From NCBI GenBank assembly GCA_032718475.1, contig JAUCBJ010006577.1:1-53156 (forward strand): a DNA stretch of 53,156 nt. Direction: 5' to 3'. The stretch's first letter is position 1, and each line of letters starts with the position of its first letter. The notes beneath the pieces are model-generated. The model saw nothing but the letters and a program-made list of their open reading frames with translations. It was not told where the DNA came from and searched no databases. This stretch comes from Nemertoderma westbladi. Lineage: Eukaryota > Animalia > Xenacoelomorpha. Of the stretch, positions 35,256 to 48,475 are shown piece by piece. The position numbers were made by a program, and so were the translations under genes.

Positions 35256-35999
35256 GGGGGAAGGGGGGGGGGGGGGGGGGGGGGGGGGCGTACACCATTT
35301 TGGTCCAAAATATGTTAAAATTTTTATGGTCTATTATAATGCACAATTAAATGGTGTTTCCAAATCTGAAAACCGCTATTTAATAGCTCTTTTAGTTTTC
35401 AAGTTATAACAATTTCCATTTAAGGATTCCTATTGCAATTACTATTACTACAGTATGTATACCGGTAATGAAAGCTCGATCATCTCTAAATATTTTTTTA
35501 TGAAATTGTCAACTGCAAACTTCTACAATTTTTCAGCATTCAGTCTGAAAATTTCTGAGGGTGTCTAGATAGCCACACTGCATAAAAGGATCAGACAACT
35601 TTTCGAAATTTTAATTTAGTTAATAAAATTTAATACTATTTAGAACAAACCTAAAAATTTAGCATAAATTTGCAGCGCCACCTAGCGGTGAAGAATTATT
35701 TCCACAAAGTTTCGCCTGATAGTTATGTTGCCCCATCTTTGATCTATCATATAAAAATACTTCATGTGATTAAATTTAAAACCGTAAAAACCTTAGGGTT
35801 TTTAAGCGCAATCAAGTTAACTTAAAAGATAACTAGTATTAACTAATATTAAATAGCGAAAAAAAAAAAATTCTGACCTGTCATGTAGATTAGCATCTTA
35901 GGTACCAAATTATAGACAAAACCAAACAATTTTGAATCGCTGAGTGATAAATCGAAGAGTTGTCCGAAAATGGTGTACCCCCCCCCCCCCCCCCCCCGC
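35256..35999. mobile_element. Non-autonomous TIR element, possibly Kolobok-type (TTAA site, GG termini)
   Basis: TTAA-poly(G)-GTACACCATTTT on the left and AAAATGGTGTAC-poly(C)-CTAA on the right. Superfamily is inferred from the termini only. Confidence 0.6.
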
Positions 36000-38067
36000 C
36001 TAACTCAGTTTGTTAGTGGCTAAGACTCAGTGTGTTTGTCCCCCCCATCCCCCTCCCACCCTCCGGTCAGTCAGACGTCTTGTATGAAATCTTTAATAAA
36101 TAATAGCCTATCTGTAATTATTCACTTATTATTCACAAACTAACCAGATGTTAAAGTTGATGCAACCACGGGTTTACTCAGTTCGCTCTTTCCAGTCCTC
36201 GAGAAAGCTTGCAGGGAAAAAGAATAATTGGTTCCCGATTCCAAATTATCAACCGAAAACTGAAACATTAAAAAACAATAACTAAATATTACGAGTTGCT
36301 AAAAAAGTAAAAAGTTAATATCCTTCCAACTAAACGCACGATAGGTTTTATTAGTTTGGGACACATACCATGAATTTAGTTGGGGCCATCCTTAAATTAT
36401 GTGTTTAAAAAAAAAGTGACAACAAAATTGTCTCTTCAAACAAGTCAAGTAGTAGACAGTATCTAAAAACTTTCAGTTTGGTGCCCAGCCAGTCAGCCAC
36501 TAGCCTAGCAGTTTAGGTACGGTATGCCTGTGCTATAGCATTTACTAGCCTTAAACTGAGCTCTTCTGCTGTATCTGACGAATATGTAATCGACAGGAAA
36601 AAATATTCCATCGAAATATTTCAACAAATATTTCATGATTAATATACTGTACATGGGCTAAATATTGCCAAATATACTATTTTTAACGATTTGTTGTATC
36701 AAAATGGCTCAGAAAAGAAAAATCCGGCTCTGCCGTCAAAGTTGTCGAACTATCATCATACCAAAATTCCTCCTCCTATCACCTAAAAACGGTTATTGTA
36801 TTAAGGGAGATGGTATAAAGTTATTAATAACATTCTATTGCGTCAGTCGTCACATTTAACAGCTATAATAATTTATTGATGGTATTGGCTAAAATTATAT
36901 ATTTATTTTCTAATTAATTAAGATAAACAGTAATCGAATTTATTTTGGTTACCGTAGTTTGTAAGGTTTCATTCATCAACCCTAATTAACGGCGTCATGT
37001 AAATCCTAAGTCATAATAAACTGGTTAAGCAATTTGAATAGCACAAATAAACACAATTTTAATAAACATAAATTGCTTAGATTATGACTTAGACTTAGAG
37101 ATAAGTTGATTTTCATTTAGGGTTTCTAGGGCGCCTTTTATAGTTACATAAATTTACAATCTCGAATAAATAGAATGTGAGAATGTGAAAGAAAACGTGA
37201 CCCCGACCGTGAACAAAAACATTTTGTCTCTAAATACATTACATACATATCAGTTTAGTCTTATTTTTCATTTTGTCACTAATAAATCATCACCATAGTT
37301 ACCCAGAACAACAAAATAAATTAACTGTTTTTCACCAACAGTACAACTCTTTTAAGGGCTTTGGTCATCTGCATCTGCATTATTGTTGAGTTATTCTCTG
37401 AGATAACGTAATTCTAGATTCGAACAACGCACATCAGACATAGATAAAGGTTAAATACTATTAAGAGGCTACCCCCTTATCCCAAATAAGGTAGCAAAGA
37501 CCTTTAATTTAGAGAAAAAGAACTCAGATAAAATAACAGACTCGCCAATTGTTGTTTATTTTAGAGTTTTTTTTCTCGAGACTACACTTTTGGTGGGTGT
37601 TTCTCTGTCTAGCTATGGTCACCGAGTGATAGATTAATGACTTAGTAAACTTTATAGGACTTAGTTTAATCTCAGAAATATAATACTAATGATAAATTAT
37701 TAATAATGTAATTATAATTTATTACTTAATAATTAATAACTTAAATAACAATAAATATTAAACATGAAGAGATAAACAGAGACTTAATGCACAAAACCGT
37801 TAGAGACAGAGTAAAGTAAAAGAATCCAAAGTGAAATAAAGTAATCCATTTATAGCCCCACTAGTTATTATTTAGTGAAGTAAAGTATAATTTAGGGTAT
37901 ATATAACGTATATCGAAACTCTATTAAATTAATTTGATTATTAATTAGGTTTATTGACCGAGTAAAATATTAAATTTAAATATCAATAAATTTTTAAATA
38001 ATAAATAAAGAACAAATTTCATGACTATATTATATTTCCTTAACATTATCACTATAGAATAGCGGTT

Positions 38068-38196
38068 GCGCTAATTTAATGGATACTTTTTTTCCCTAGA
38101 TGCGTCCTCAGCGCTAATTTAATGGATACTTTTTTTCCCTCGATGCGTCCTCAGCACTAATTTAATGGATACTTTTTTTCCCTCGATGCGTCCTCA
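38068..38196. repeat. 43-bp tandem repeat x3
   Basis: GCGCTAATTTAATGGATACTTTTTTTCCCT.GATGCGTCCTCA at 38068, 38111 and 38154. Confidence 0.9.
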
Positions 38197-38407
38197 CCTA
38201 CTGTATTGTATTTTATCAAAACTATAACCTTTCAATTCCCACAAAAAATAACAAGACAGTAATATAAAATATTTGTAATGCAGTGAGTTTTGTCAATGAA
38301 ATAAGTTGCCACATCCACTCAGAGTTGAGTCTTACACTTATTAATTAATAGCACATCAAAGGAATTACCGTCATCAGATATCTAAAAATAATAAATGAAG
38401 TTATTAA

Positions 38408-38782
38408 GGGGCCGTCCAAGTATGACGTCAGCACTTTAGGGGGGGGAGGGGGGTTGGGAAAATCTGATGACGTGCTGATGAGGGGAGGGGAGGGGGTCAG
38501 CCAAAATCTGACGTCAGCATGTTCATTTATAGGTGCTAGAAGAGATATAGCAGAAGAGTAAATAGCTTGCCCATTTTAATTGTTCGAAGACCCCGAAGGC
38601 CCGTAGCACGACCTTCTGTTTCAGTTACCAGTCACCATGTTTCAGTGATTAGGACGCGAAAATTTTTTTTAATCTGATTAGGGGGGGGGGGGGGTCAACG
38701 CCTATCTGATGACATCTGATTTAGGGGAGGGAGGGGGTCAACATTTTGGGGAAAAGTGCAGACGTCATACTTGGACGGCCCC
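38408..38782. mobile_element. MITE with TAA target duplication (PIF/Harbinger-like)
   Basis: TIR GGGGCCGTCCAAGTATGACGTC at both ends; TAA at 38405-38407 and 38783-38785. Confidence 0.8.
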
Positions 38783-38785
38783 TAA

Positions 38786-40577
38786 CTAGCTAGAATGAGT
38801 TTCAATAAGGTTGTGGCATGCACCAATACGGTAGAACAATTTACAGATGAGAGTCCGCAACTCGGCTTTATTATCCAGGGAGATTAGTTCGCAGAGGTCT
38901 GCGTAGTAGAACTCGATGTGCGTTCGGAATCTCTGGGAGTCGAGGTAGAGAACTCGAGACAGCAGGAGTAGAATGAGGGAGGTCCACGCGTCGCGATGTC
39001 CTTCCGAGAGCATGGACGCGTAGTAGCCGATGGCCTCGCGACACAAACCCAAGAGTTGCTGCTCTACTAGCGGCCAATCGGGTTCCCGCAGCGGGTCCTG
39101 CGAGACACGGAAGAGAATCCGCACGGCGCAGGCCAACGACTGCGTCTCCTGTTTCATCAGATGGGGTTTCGACTTCCCTTTGAATCCCGCCTTCCACAAC
39201 GCAGTCCGCTGTTCGTTATTAGCGTTGAAACTCTTCGCGAAACTATGACTCTCAACGAGACACTGCGTTAATAAAAGTAACTGCTCGGTAGACATGTAGT
39301 TGTACATCCCTTCGTCTTTAAGGTCCTCCGATATAGACCGTTGTCTTAGCAACGCATCGACAAGAATTTCTTGGTCGTCTTTCTTAGAAGCCGAAGGGAA
39401 GAATACGATGTTATCGATAGTCTGAATGAGTTCTAATTGGACGACGCATTTAATTAGAAGCGACGTGAACAGCTGAACGCTGGGTCGGTTTATAGTAGGC
39501 GACGACGGAGGTTGGATGGACTCCTCCTCCCGGGCGGGCGGCGACCTCGGAGGAGTCCCCGGGGGGCTGTCCGCGCGACCACCCCCCGCCGTCGCCGTCC
39601 AGCTCAGCAGACCGTGCGGAGTGGACGAACGGAAGACCCCGACCACCGAGTTGCAGACCAACGTCCAATCCGACTCGGAGAACTTGGGCCCGGAAGTCAC
39701 GACGAGGTTCTCGAGACAGTTCGTCGCGGATCGCGCCAGCTGCTCGTTGTCCAAACCCGCGCATGCGCATATCTGTTCCATTAAGTCGATCAGCATTAAA
39801 CCGTTTAGTTGCGCGAAATATTGATTGAACACATCGACTATGGCGTAGAGCGCGTGATTACAGGTAGTCGTCATCCACTCACCCCGAGCCGGTTCAACTA
39901 TACTAGTCGTCGCTTTCAGATTATCAAAAATTCTAAAAACCACGCGGAATAGGTCGACCCACCAGGAGGGCCGGAACATGTGCCCGTACGACTTGATAAT
40001 CTCGAATAGCACAGTGAGCGCGCGCGTTCGCACATCGAGTTTACAGCGATTGATGATGCAACTCAACTCGAACAGCACGGGGAACCAGCCCCGGACCCAG
40101 GCGCGGTCCTCCTCCGCGATATGGAACTCGTCCATCGCGTGCTCCGAGAAGGCCTGCGGACGCTCGCTCACGTACCGCGCGCAGTGCCGGATCAGCCGGA
40201 TCGCCTCCATGCTCGTGTCCGGGAACTGGGAGTTACACGCGAACTCGCTGAGACACTTAACCGCGTCCTGGAACGAGTCGATGGACGCGTTAAAGTTCCG
40301 CTCGTAAACGGTTGTCACGATTTTTCCCGCGGTTTGGAAGGCCATCTCCACAACATTCTCCTCGTGGTCGCTGGCCGCCATGTGGAACACGCTGAAGATG
40401 TTCTTCCACCCGGATTTGATGTTGTGGGACTGGGAGTTGACCATCTGCGCGACGCAGCGGACTACCATATCCCGGATCACGATGTTGCGGTTCTTACTCA
40501 TGATGACCTCGAAGGGCCGAAGGAAATCCTTCTGGAATCGGAAGTTGGGCAATTCGCCCTTCTCGAGAAACTTCATA
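38786..40577 (-). CDS. ARFGEF1: BIG1/BIG2 exon 3 (HDS/C-terminal region)
   Basis: Acceptor TTTCAG|T restores [16 protein letters not shown]; [20 protein letters not shown]; TAG at 38786-38788. Exons sum to 5100 nt. Confidence 0.95.
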
Positions 40578-40756
40578 CTGAAAGTTAATAATAAATTTTA
40601 AGTTATATAAATTACATCGTTAATAAATCCATTTTTAATACTTTATTTCGAAAATATAAAACAATTAGTCTTTGTCTGTAACACATTGGGGTTTTAGTTA
40701 GTAGAAAGTTTTAGTTTGGTGGTAAAGTAAATTTATCAATGAGTTTATAGACTAAC

Positions 40757-42255
40757 CTGAGTTGTCTGAGGGAATCGATAGCGAATACGGCGACGTCCTC
40801 GTTGGGGATACAGCCAACTCGGTTAAAGTGCTCCCCGAGGACGGCCCAGATCCGACTCCATTGCAACCGGATCCGGCCCATGTTGTAGTAGGAGATCTCG
40901 ACGATCTTCTGGAGGGAGAACATCCGGGGATGTACCGGGTTCTGTAACTCCTCCATCGAGACGAAGGTCAGCGCCTTGACGAAGTCGACGATGGCGTCGC
41001 CATCGAGATGGGTGGACCCCGTGAAGACGCGATCCACGGCGACCACAATCGACTGGGAACTCGTCTCCCCCATCGACTCCTGGATCATATTGATCCGTTT
41101 TGGATCCATAAAGAGCCGGTCGTCGGCCCCCGTGCCCAGCAGGTCGTTCCATTGATCCACGGAGGGGGTGACCCCGCCGCTAGAGGCGCTACGCGTGTTG
41201 AACAGATACCGCGCCTTGACGCCGGTCCCAATCATCTGCGCGAGTTCCAACTGGGAGGTGCACTTCAATATCTCGTGCCACGCGGCTCCTAAGTAGTTCC
41301 CGTCGGTATGCGCCACGGTTATTAGAGTTTTTATTGTGTCTATATTTTTTGATTTCATTTCGGTTATCCCGCTGGTCGCGGTTAACAACGTAAAACGCGC
41401 CATCGCCTGGATAAAAGCGTCGCGTTCTAACTCCATGCGGAATATACAAGCGATTCGAACCGCAGAGCGGATTCCCTCGAGACACAACGAGGCGATGTCG
41501 GCGTCGTCGCAGTCCTGTAGCCCCACGCTGAAGGCGGCGAGAAACGGAGTCCAAACGAGTTTGAACATCGGACGAGCGTGTTCCACGTGCGTGCCGGTGG
41601 TGAACTCAACGTTCACTACATGCGACGCGGCTTCCATCAACGCCTTGGCGGTGGAGGCCAGCATCTCGGACTCGACGTTAAACAACAACTTCTTCCGTTT
41701 CTCGCTCCAGAGAGCCCCGTCCCTCGGTTGCTTGTACTTGCCGCCGAGGTGCGACGACAACCGCATCTTTATCTCGCTCCCGGCTATCTCATCGTATATC
41801 GCGCTCAGGTACTCCTCCGGGAGATCCTTGGAGTCGTTAATCCCGCGATTCATCCTGATGTACTGCTCTTTGGTCATCTTGTAGCGGACGTTGGCGCTGT
41901 GGAGGTCGGTGGTGAGCATGATGATGGAGTAGGAGAGGACGTAGGCGGTGTCAGCGGAGGCGAAGAGCCCGAGATTAGGGTTGGTCTCGCAGTACCGGCC
42001 CGCAAACTTCTCCATAAATCTATCGATTTTCTGGGCCTCCCCCGGCAGTCGGAATCCGTCCAGGAATTTACGCAGCGCCGACACGATATCGATGGCTCCG
42101 AAGTCCATTTGGTCGATGTATGCGTACATGACTTCCTTGTTGTAGGGCTCGTTGTCGCCCATAAAGTCGCCGACAATAGCCTTGTCGAGTTTGTCAGTGG
42201 CGCAATGGAAGAAATCAGCGACATCCTCAGGGCTAGAACCCACTATTCCTTGTTC
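40757..42255 (-). CDS. ARFGEF1: BIG1/BIG2 exon 2: Sec7 catalytic domain and HDS region
   Basis: Acceptor TTTTAG|GAA gives YLQ-EQGIVG; catalytic [17 protein letters not shown]; ends DSLRQL-AG|GTTAG. Confidence 0.95.
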
Positions 42256-42349
42256 CTAAAAGTACACAGATAGTAAGTTAAGTAGTCATAGGTAGACGTA
42301 ATGGTCGGGACTAGAACCTATAGATACTGATAATAGGTAAAAATACTGG

Positions 42350-44995
42350 ACAGTGGACACAAACCTGTCCTGTATCTATTGGAAACTCATCTGTATCTAT
42401 TGGACATGGAGACCCTCATATGTATCTATTGGACACTTACCTGTATCTATTGGACACTTACCTGTATCTATTGGACACCCTCATCTGTATCTATTGGACA
42501 CTAACACTAACCTATATCTATTGGACACACTCAACTGTATCTATTGGACACTTACCTGTATCTATTGGACACACTCAACTGTATCTATTGTACACTAACC
42601 TGTATCTATTGGACACACTCAACTGTATCTATTGTACACTAACCTCTATCTATATATTGGACACACTCAGCTGTATCTATTGGACACTTACCTGTATCTA
42701 TTGGACACACTCAACTGTATCTATTTGACACTTACCTGTATCTATTGGACACACTCAACTGTATCTATTGTACACTAACCTGTATCTATTGGACACACTC
42801 AACTGTATCTATTGGACACACTCAACTGTATCTATTGGACACACTCAACTGTATCTATTGTACACTAACCTGTATCTATTGGACACATTCAACTGTATCT
42901 ATTGTACACTAACCTGTATCTATTGGACACACTCAACTGTATCTATTGGACACTTACCTGTATCTATTGGACACACTCAACTGTATCTATTTGACACTTA
43001 CCTGTATCTATTGGACACACTCAACTGTATCTATTGTACACTAACCTGTATCTATTGGACACACTCAACTGTATCTATTGGACACACTCAACTGTATCTA
43101 TTGGACACACTCAACTGTATCTATTGTACACTAACCTGTATCTATTGGACACATTCAACTGTATCTATTGTACACTAACCTGTATCTATTGGACACACTC
43201 AACTGTATATATTGTACACTAACCTGTATCTATTGGACACACTCAATTGTATCTATTGTACACTAACCTGTATCTATTGGACACACTCAACTGTATCTAT
43301 TGTACACTAACCTGTATCTATTGGACACACTCAACTGTATCTATTGGACACACTCAACTGTATCTATTGTACACTAACCTGTATCTATTGGACACACTCA
43401 ACTGTATCTATTGGACACTTACCTGTATCTGTTGGACACACTCAACTGTATCTATTGTACACTAACATCTATCTATTGGACACACTCAACTGTATCTATT
43501 GGACACTTACCTGTATCTATTGGACACACTCAACTGTATATATTGTACACTAACCTGTATCTATTGGACACACTCAACTGTATCTATTGTACACTAACCT
43601 GTATCTATTGGACACACTCAACTGTATCTATTGTACACTAACCTGTATCTATTGGACACACTCAACTGTATCTATTGGACACTTACCTGTATCTGTAGGA
43701 CACACTCAACTGTATCTATTGTACACTAACCTCTATCTATTGGACACACTCAACTGTATCTATTGGACACTTACCTGTATCTATTGGAAACACTCAACTG
43801 TATATATTGTACACTAACCTGTATCTATTGGACACACTCAACTGTATCTATTGTACACTAACCTGTATCTATTGGACACACTCAACTGTATCTATTGTAC
43901 ACTAACCTGTATCTATTGGACACACTCAACTGTATCTATTGGACACACTCAACTGTATCTATCGTACACTAACCTGTATCTATTGGACACACTCAACTGT
44001 ATCTATTGTACACTAACCTGTATCTATTGGACACACTCAACTGTATCTATTGGACACTTACCTGTATCTGTTGGACACACTCAACTGTATCTATTGTACA
44101 CTAACCTGTATCTATTGGACACACTCAACTGTATCTATTGTACACTAACCTGTATCTATTGGACACACTCAACTGTATCTATTGGACACACTCAACTGTA
44201 TCTATTGGACACACTCAACTGTATATATTGTACACTAACCTGTATCTATTGGACACATTCAACTGTATCTATTGTACACTAACCTGTATCTATTGGACAC
44301 ACTCAACTGTATCTATTGTACACTAACCTGTATCTATTGGACACACTCAACTGTATCTATTGGACACTAACCTGTATCTATTGGACACACTCAACTGTAT
44401 CTATTGGACACTAACCTGTATCTATTGGACACACTCAACTGTATCTATTGGACACACTCAACTGTATCTATTGTACACTAACCTGTATCTATTGGACACA
44501 CTCAACTGTATACTCACCTGTATCTATTGGACACTGAGATTTAGATATTGGAAACACACCTGTATCTATTGGACACTCACCTGTATATATCTATTAGACA
44601 CTCACCTGTATTTATTGGACACACACCCGTGCCGTATCTATTGGACGCTCACCTGCATTTATTGGTCTTTCACCAGTATCTCTATTGGACACTCACCTGT
44701 ATATATCTATTAGATTTATTGGACTTTCACCAGTATCTTTATTGGACACTCACCTGTATATATCTATTAGACACTCACCTGTATTTATTGGACACACAGA
44801 CACACCCTTGTCGTATCTATTGGACGCTCACCTGTATCTATTGTAAACTCACTACATTTATATTGGACACCCACTTGTTTCTATTTAACCCTCACCTGTA
44901 GATACTGGACACTCACATTTAGATATTGGAAACTCACCTGTATCTATTGGACACTCACCTGTTTCTATTTGACACTCACCTGTAGATACTGGACT
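42350..44995. repeat. Intronic minisatellite of alternating 21- and 23-bp units (44-bp higher-order repeat)
   Basis: TGTATCTATTG(G/T)ACACT(T/A)ACC and TGTATCTATTGGACACACTCAAC, degenerating toward both ends. Confidence 0.95.
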
Positions 44996-45004
44996 ATGCT
45001 AAAC

Positions 45005-46000
45005 ATAAATGAGCGAGAGACTGAATCAAAGGCCTTGAAGAAGTCAATAAAGATAACAGCCAGATGCCTGTCTTTATTTATTGATAACTCTTCGATTGAT
45101 TATCCTTCTAAGTGCCAAAATGGGCTCCATGGTCCTACGACCTTTACAGAACCCATTTTGGTTCCCTCGTAACAGTCTCTCAACATGATCCCAGGTGAGC
45201 CTACTCTACTGGCACGATTGGTCTTCATACTCCTAGCTGCAGTCTTGGTTTCAGCAAAGGAGATGTCACCAATGGGGATATCTGTGAGCACAGACTCAGA
45301 TACATGATGTACATCAAAGTTATCAGGCAACACACTGTCATTGTTTAGAAGCTTCTCAAAGTGGTAGGCCTATACTTCCAACTGCGTTCAGCTGGAGATT
45401 CAGCCTTAACCTTGGTGATTGGTTAGCTTGTCTCCCAGTGAGCAGGTTTATTGATTGCCATGCCTGGGCTGATTGCCTACTATCATCAGCATTGTTAATG
45501 GGATCAACCTGCTTATTGATAAGCTTCTTCAGGTTATCAGAGTAGGCCTACTGCCTGTTTCGGGACGTAGATGCAGCCTTAACTGCATTCTTGGCCGCTG
45601 TAGTCTGTTTGAGTCGGGACTCTTTCTGCGCCTTATGAAGGTCATTTCGGCACTTCTGAATTTTGTTGTCAGTCCAGGGGGCCCTTTTCCTGTTTCGAGG
45701 GTATACAGGAACTGTTTTTGCAGCTGCTAACTTAACTGCTTCTGTAAAGGCAGTATAGCCCTCGCAGTGATCTGCCGCCTCAGAGGCAAGAACCTCATAC
45801 CTGTTGCTCAGCTGTAGTGTGAAGCTGGATCTGTTGCAACAGAGAGGACCAGTCATGCCGCGGCAAGGCAGAATTCGTAATTATGCTAGCGCGGGGACTA
45901 AGTCTTACCTTGGCCACAATAAGGCGGTGATCATTGGAGAAGGGTCGAAGTGTAAATGCATTACAGTCTTGTATAGAGCTCCTGTAATTGCTATACGAAA
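45005..46000 (-). mobile_element. Degraded non-LTR retrotransposon (LINE) fragment, endonuclease end to RT start
   Basis: PFSNDHRLIVAKVRL (AP-endonuclease SDH motif region), LSNRYEVL, APW, and IDFFKAFDSVSR (RT motif) near 45012-45050; contains frameshifts. Confidence 0.8.
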
Positions 46001-46006
46001 CGAATT

Positions 46007-46405
46007 GACACTTACTTGTAGATACCGGACACTCACCTGTAGATACCGGACACTCACCAGTAGATACCGGAACACTCACCTGTAGATACCGGACACTCAC
46101 CTATAGATACCGGAACACTCACCTGTAGATACCGGACACTCACCTATAGATACCGGACACTCACCTGTAGATACCGGACACTCACCTGTAGATACCGGAC
46201 ACTCAACTGTAGATACCGGACACTCACCTGTAGATACCGGACACTCACCTGTAGATACCGGACATTCAACTGTAGATACCGGACACTCACCTGTAGATAC
46301 CGGACACTCACCTGTAGATACCGGACACTCACCTGTAGATACCGGACACTCACCTGTAGATACCGGACACTCAACTGTAGATACCGGACACTCACCTGTA
46401 GATAC
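46007..46405. repeat. 21-bp minisatellite made of the exon 1 splice-donor junction, ~19 copies
   Basis: Minus-strand unit TATCTACAG|GTGAGTGTCCGG. Confidence 0.95.
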
Positions 46406-48204
46406 TGTATTCCCCGTCTCGGCTTCTTATTGAATATATCGATTCCGTGTTCCAACAACTCCTTCTGCTGTTTAATAACCTCGAACTTCTCGGAGGTATC
46501 GACTCCGGCGCTGTTAACCGAACTGGTAGAGCCGCCGTAACTGGAACTGGTGCCTCCCCCGACCGAGAGCGAGCGACTGTCGGCGTCGTCCCGCGGGGGG
46601 GCGTGACTCCCACACGGCGTGGACTCAGCCCCTAACGTAGTCTGTATCGCGGGCCGCACGTATAACTCCTTGGACCAGTCCACCATACACCGGAGGATCA
46701 GCACCAAACACTCGAGGCCCTTCAACCTCATCGTCTTACCGCCCTCCCCGGGGAGGGACTCCTGTCTGCCCTGGGCGATCTTGGAGAGGTCGTTAACGAG
46801 GCGTTCGAACACGTTACTCGAGGCCATGTTGCAGTCGTAGTTGAGGTAGATATCAACGACTAACTGGGCGTCCGCGCAGATCTTAGTGAGGGCGGTAACA
46901 AGGCAGAGTTTGTGGCTGAACGAACTGGTGGGAGTTTCTAGGATATTGAGGAAGATGTCCTTGAGGAAGACCTCGATCTGCATCTTCAGATGGGATTTGA
47001 AGGAGGTGAAGAGACCGAGGAAGATAGCGAGAGAGAGTTGGAAGACCTCGGGGACGGAAGAGACGGCGTTGCGGCTGAGGGCCACGCAGAGGTACTGCTT
47101 GATAGCGGAGACGAACATATCGTGGGAGCGGAATACGGGGCCGCCGTTGTTGAGTACGTCGAGGAGGAGTTGGAGGCTGAGGACCTTGGAGCGGACCTCG
47201 TGGGAGCGGGGGTCTGGGGGCGGGCTAGTGGGCAGTGACTTCATCGAGAGTTTGCAGAGAGAGCGGAAGACGAGGAAGGCGTCCTTCTGGGAGACGTTGA
47301 CGAGGAGAGGGGTGAGGAGGAGTAGGGAGGAGTCGATGGGTTCCGGGACCCCAGGGAGGCCGGAGGGGGCAACTCCATTGGGATCGGAGGGGGAACCTCC
47401 AGGGGGCACCGAGGGGGAATCTCCAGGGATTTCCACTTCTTTAGGAAGTTCTCCTTCAGTAACCGCGCGATCTAGTAATTCTTCGACAACGTAATTAACT
47501 ACAGTATCAACCGTATCGGCGTCCTCTTCGACTTGAGTTACAACGACTGCGGGTTTAGCTTCTTCGTGCTGCTCCATCCGCAGGAATATAACGTTGAGCA
47601 TCTGGGTTAGAGTCGCTTTGGCGGTGGTTTGGTTGACTGGGTTGCGGGATGCGAGGTATATATTGTAGCAGGTTCTTACGGACAGCAGTAGAGCTCCTTC
47701 GTGTACCTCGCATCCGGTGTTCGATGTGACGGCAGTGAGGAGAGCCTTGATGATTTGGAGTTGGACAGCGTCGTCGGTGGACTCCCCGACGAAACAGCTG
47801 CAAATAACGTCGACGATGCGATCGATGAGTCGCCTCTCCGGGTTGCGGGGATCCGACGCGCTGCCGACTAGATGTCCGTACGCGATTAGTTTCTGGAGGC
47901 AGTCCAATGCGGTTGTTACGATCCGCGGCGATTTACTTTGGCAGCTCAGCTCGAACGGAAGGAAATACTGGTCGGCCTCGATGATATTGGCGTGGCTGGA
48001 AGGCAGCGGGAGGGTTGATTGGTTGTCGGATTCCTGGTTCTTGGAGGTGGACTGTTTGAGTTCCTCGCCGAGCCGGAGTAACGCTTCCTCACACGCCTTC
48101 CGCAGCTGGCTGTTGTGCGGTTTGCGTGTTTCCTTATCCAGCATTATCTTTTCTAAAGCCTTACTGAGAAACATCTTCTGTGTTAGTTGATTCTCTAGAC
48201 TCAT
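46396..48204 (-). CDS. ARFGEF1: Brefeldin A-inhibited Arf-GEF BIG1/BIG2 (Sec71) exon 1: DCB and HUS domains, start of Sec7
   Basis: MFLSKALEKI..., FLPFELSCQSKSPRIV, DAFLVFRSLCKLSMK, YLNYDC, FNKKPRRGIQYLQ, followed by donor CAG|GTGAGT. ATG at 48204 chosen by similarity to the known BIG1 N-terminus. The ARFGEF1 vs ARFGEF2 distinction cannot be made. Confidence 0.92.
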
Positions 48205-48475
48205 TTCATATAAAAACAGCAATGCCGTCTGACAGTATAGTTATTGTAGGGGGTATACCTGTATACGGGTATATTATAGATATTATTACTGTATTTATCA
48301 TTTGTTTGCAAATTATTAATTATGGTAGGACTAATAACAAATCATCTAGGCCTATCAGATCAGCCTATTCTGCTATTGGCTGTATGCACAGATGCAGGTC
48401 TGCAGTCTGGCTGTCTGGGTCTGGGTTAACTGACTGTATGAACTGCAATCATAACAACAAACTCAGCGTTTTTTA

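Noticed and set aside
42353-44901. Many plus-strand ORFs (YLLDTLNCIYWTHSTVSIGH...)
   Set aside because: They are translations of the minisatellite.
46144-46395. (VSVRYLQ)n as the real C-terminus of the 692-aa ORF
   Set aside because: This is read-through into the intron; splicing at 46396/42255 restores the conserved YLQEQG Sec7 sequence.
39030-48190. Plus-strand ORFs antisense to ARFGEF exons (e.g. 41578-42273, 46886-47494)
   Set aside because: Shadow ORFs caused by GC-rich codon usage of the real gene.
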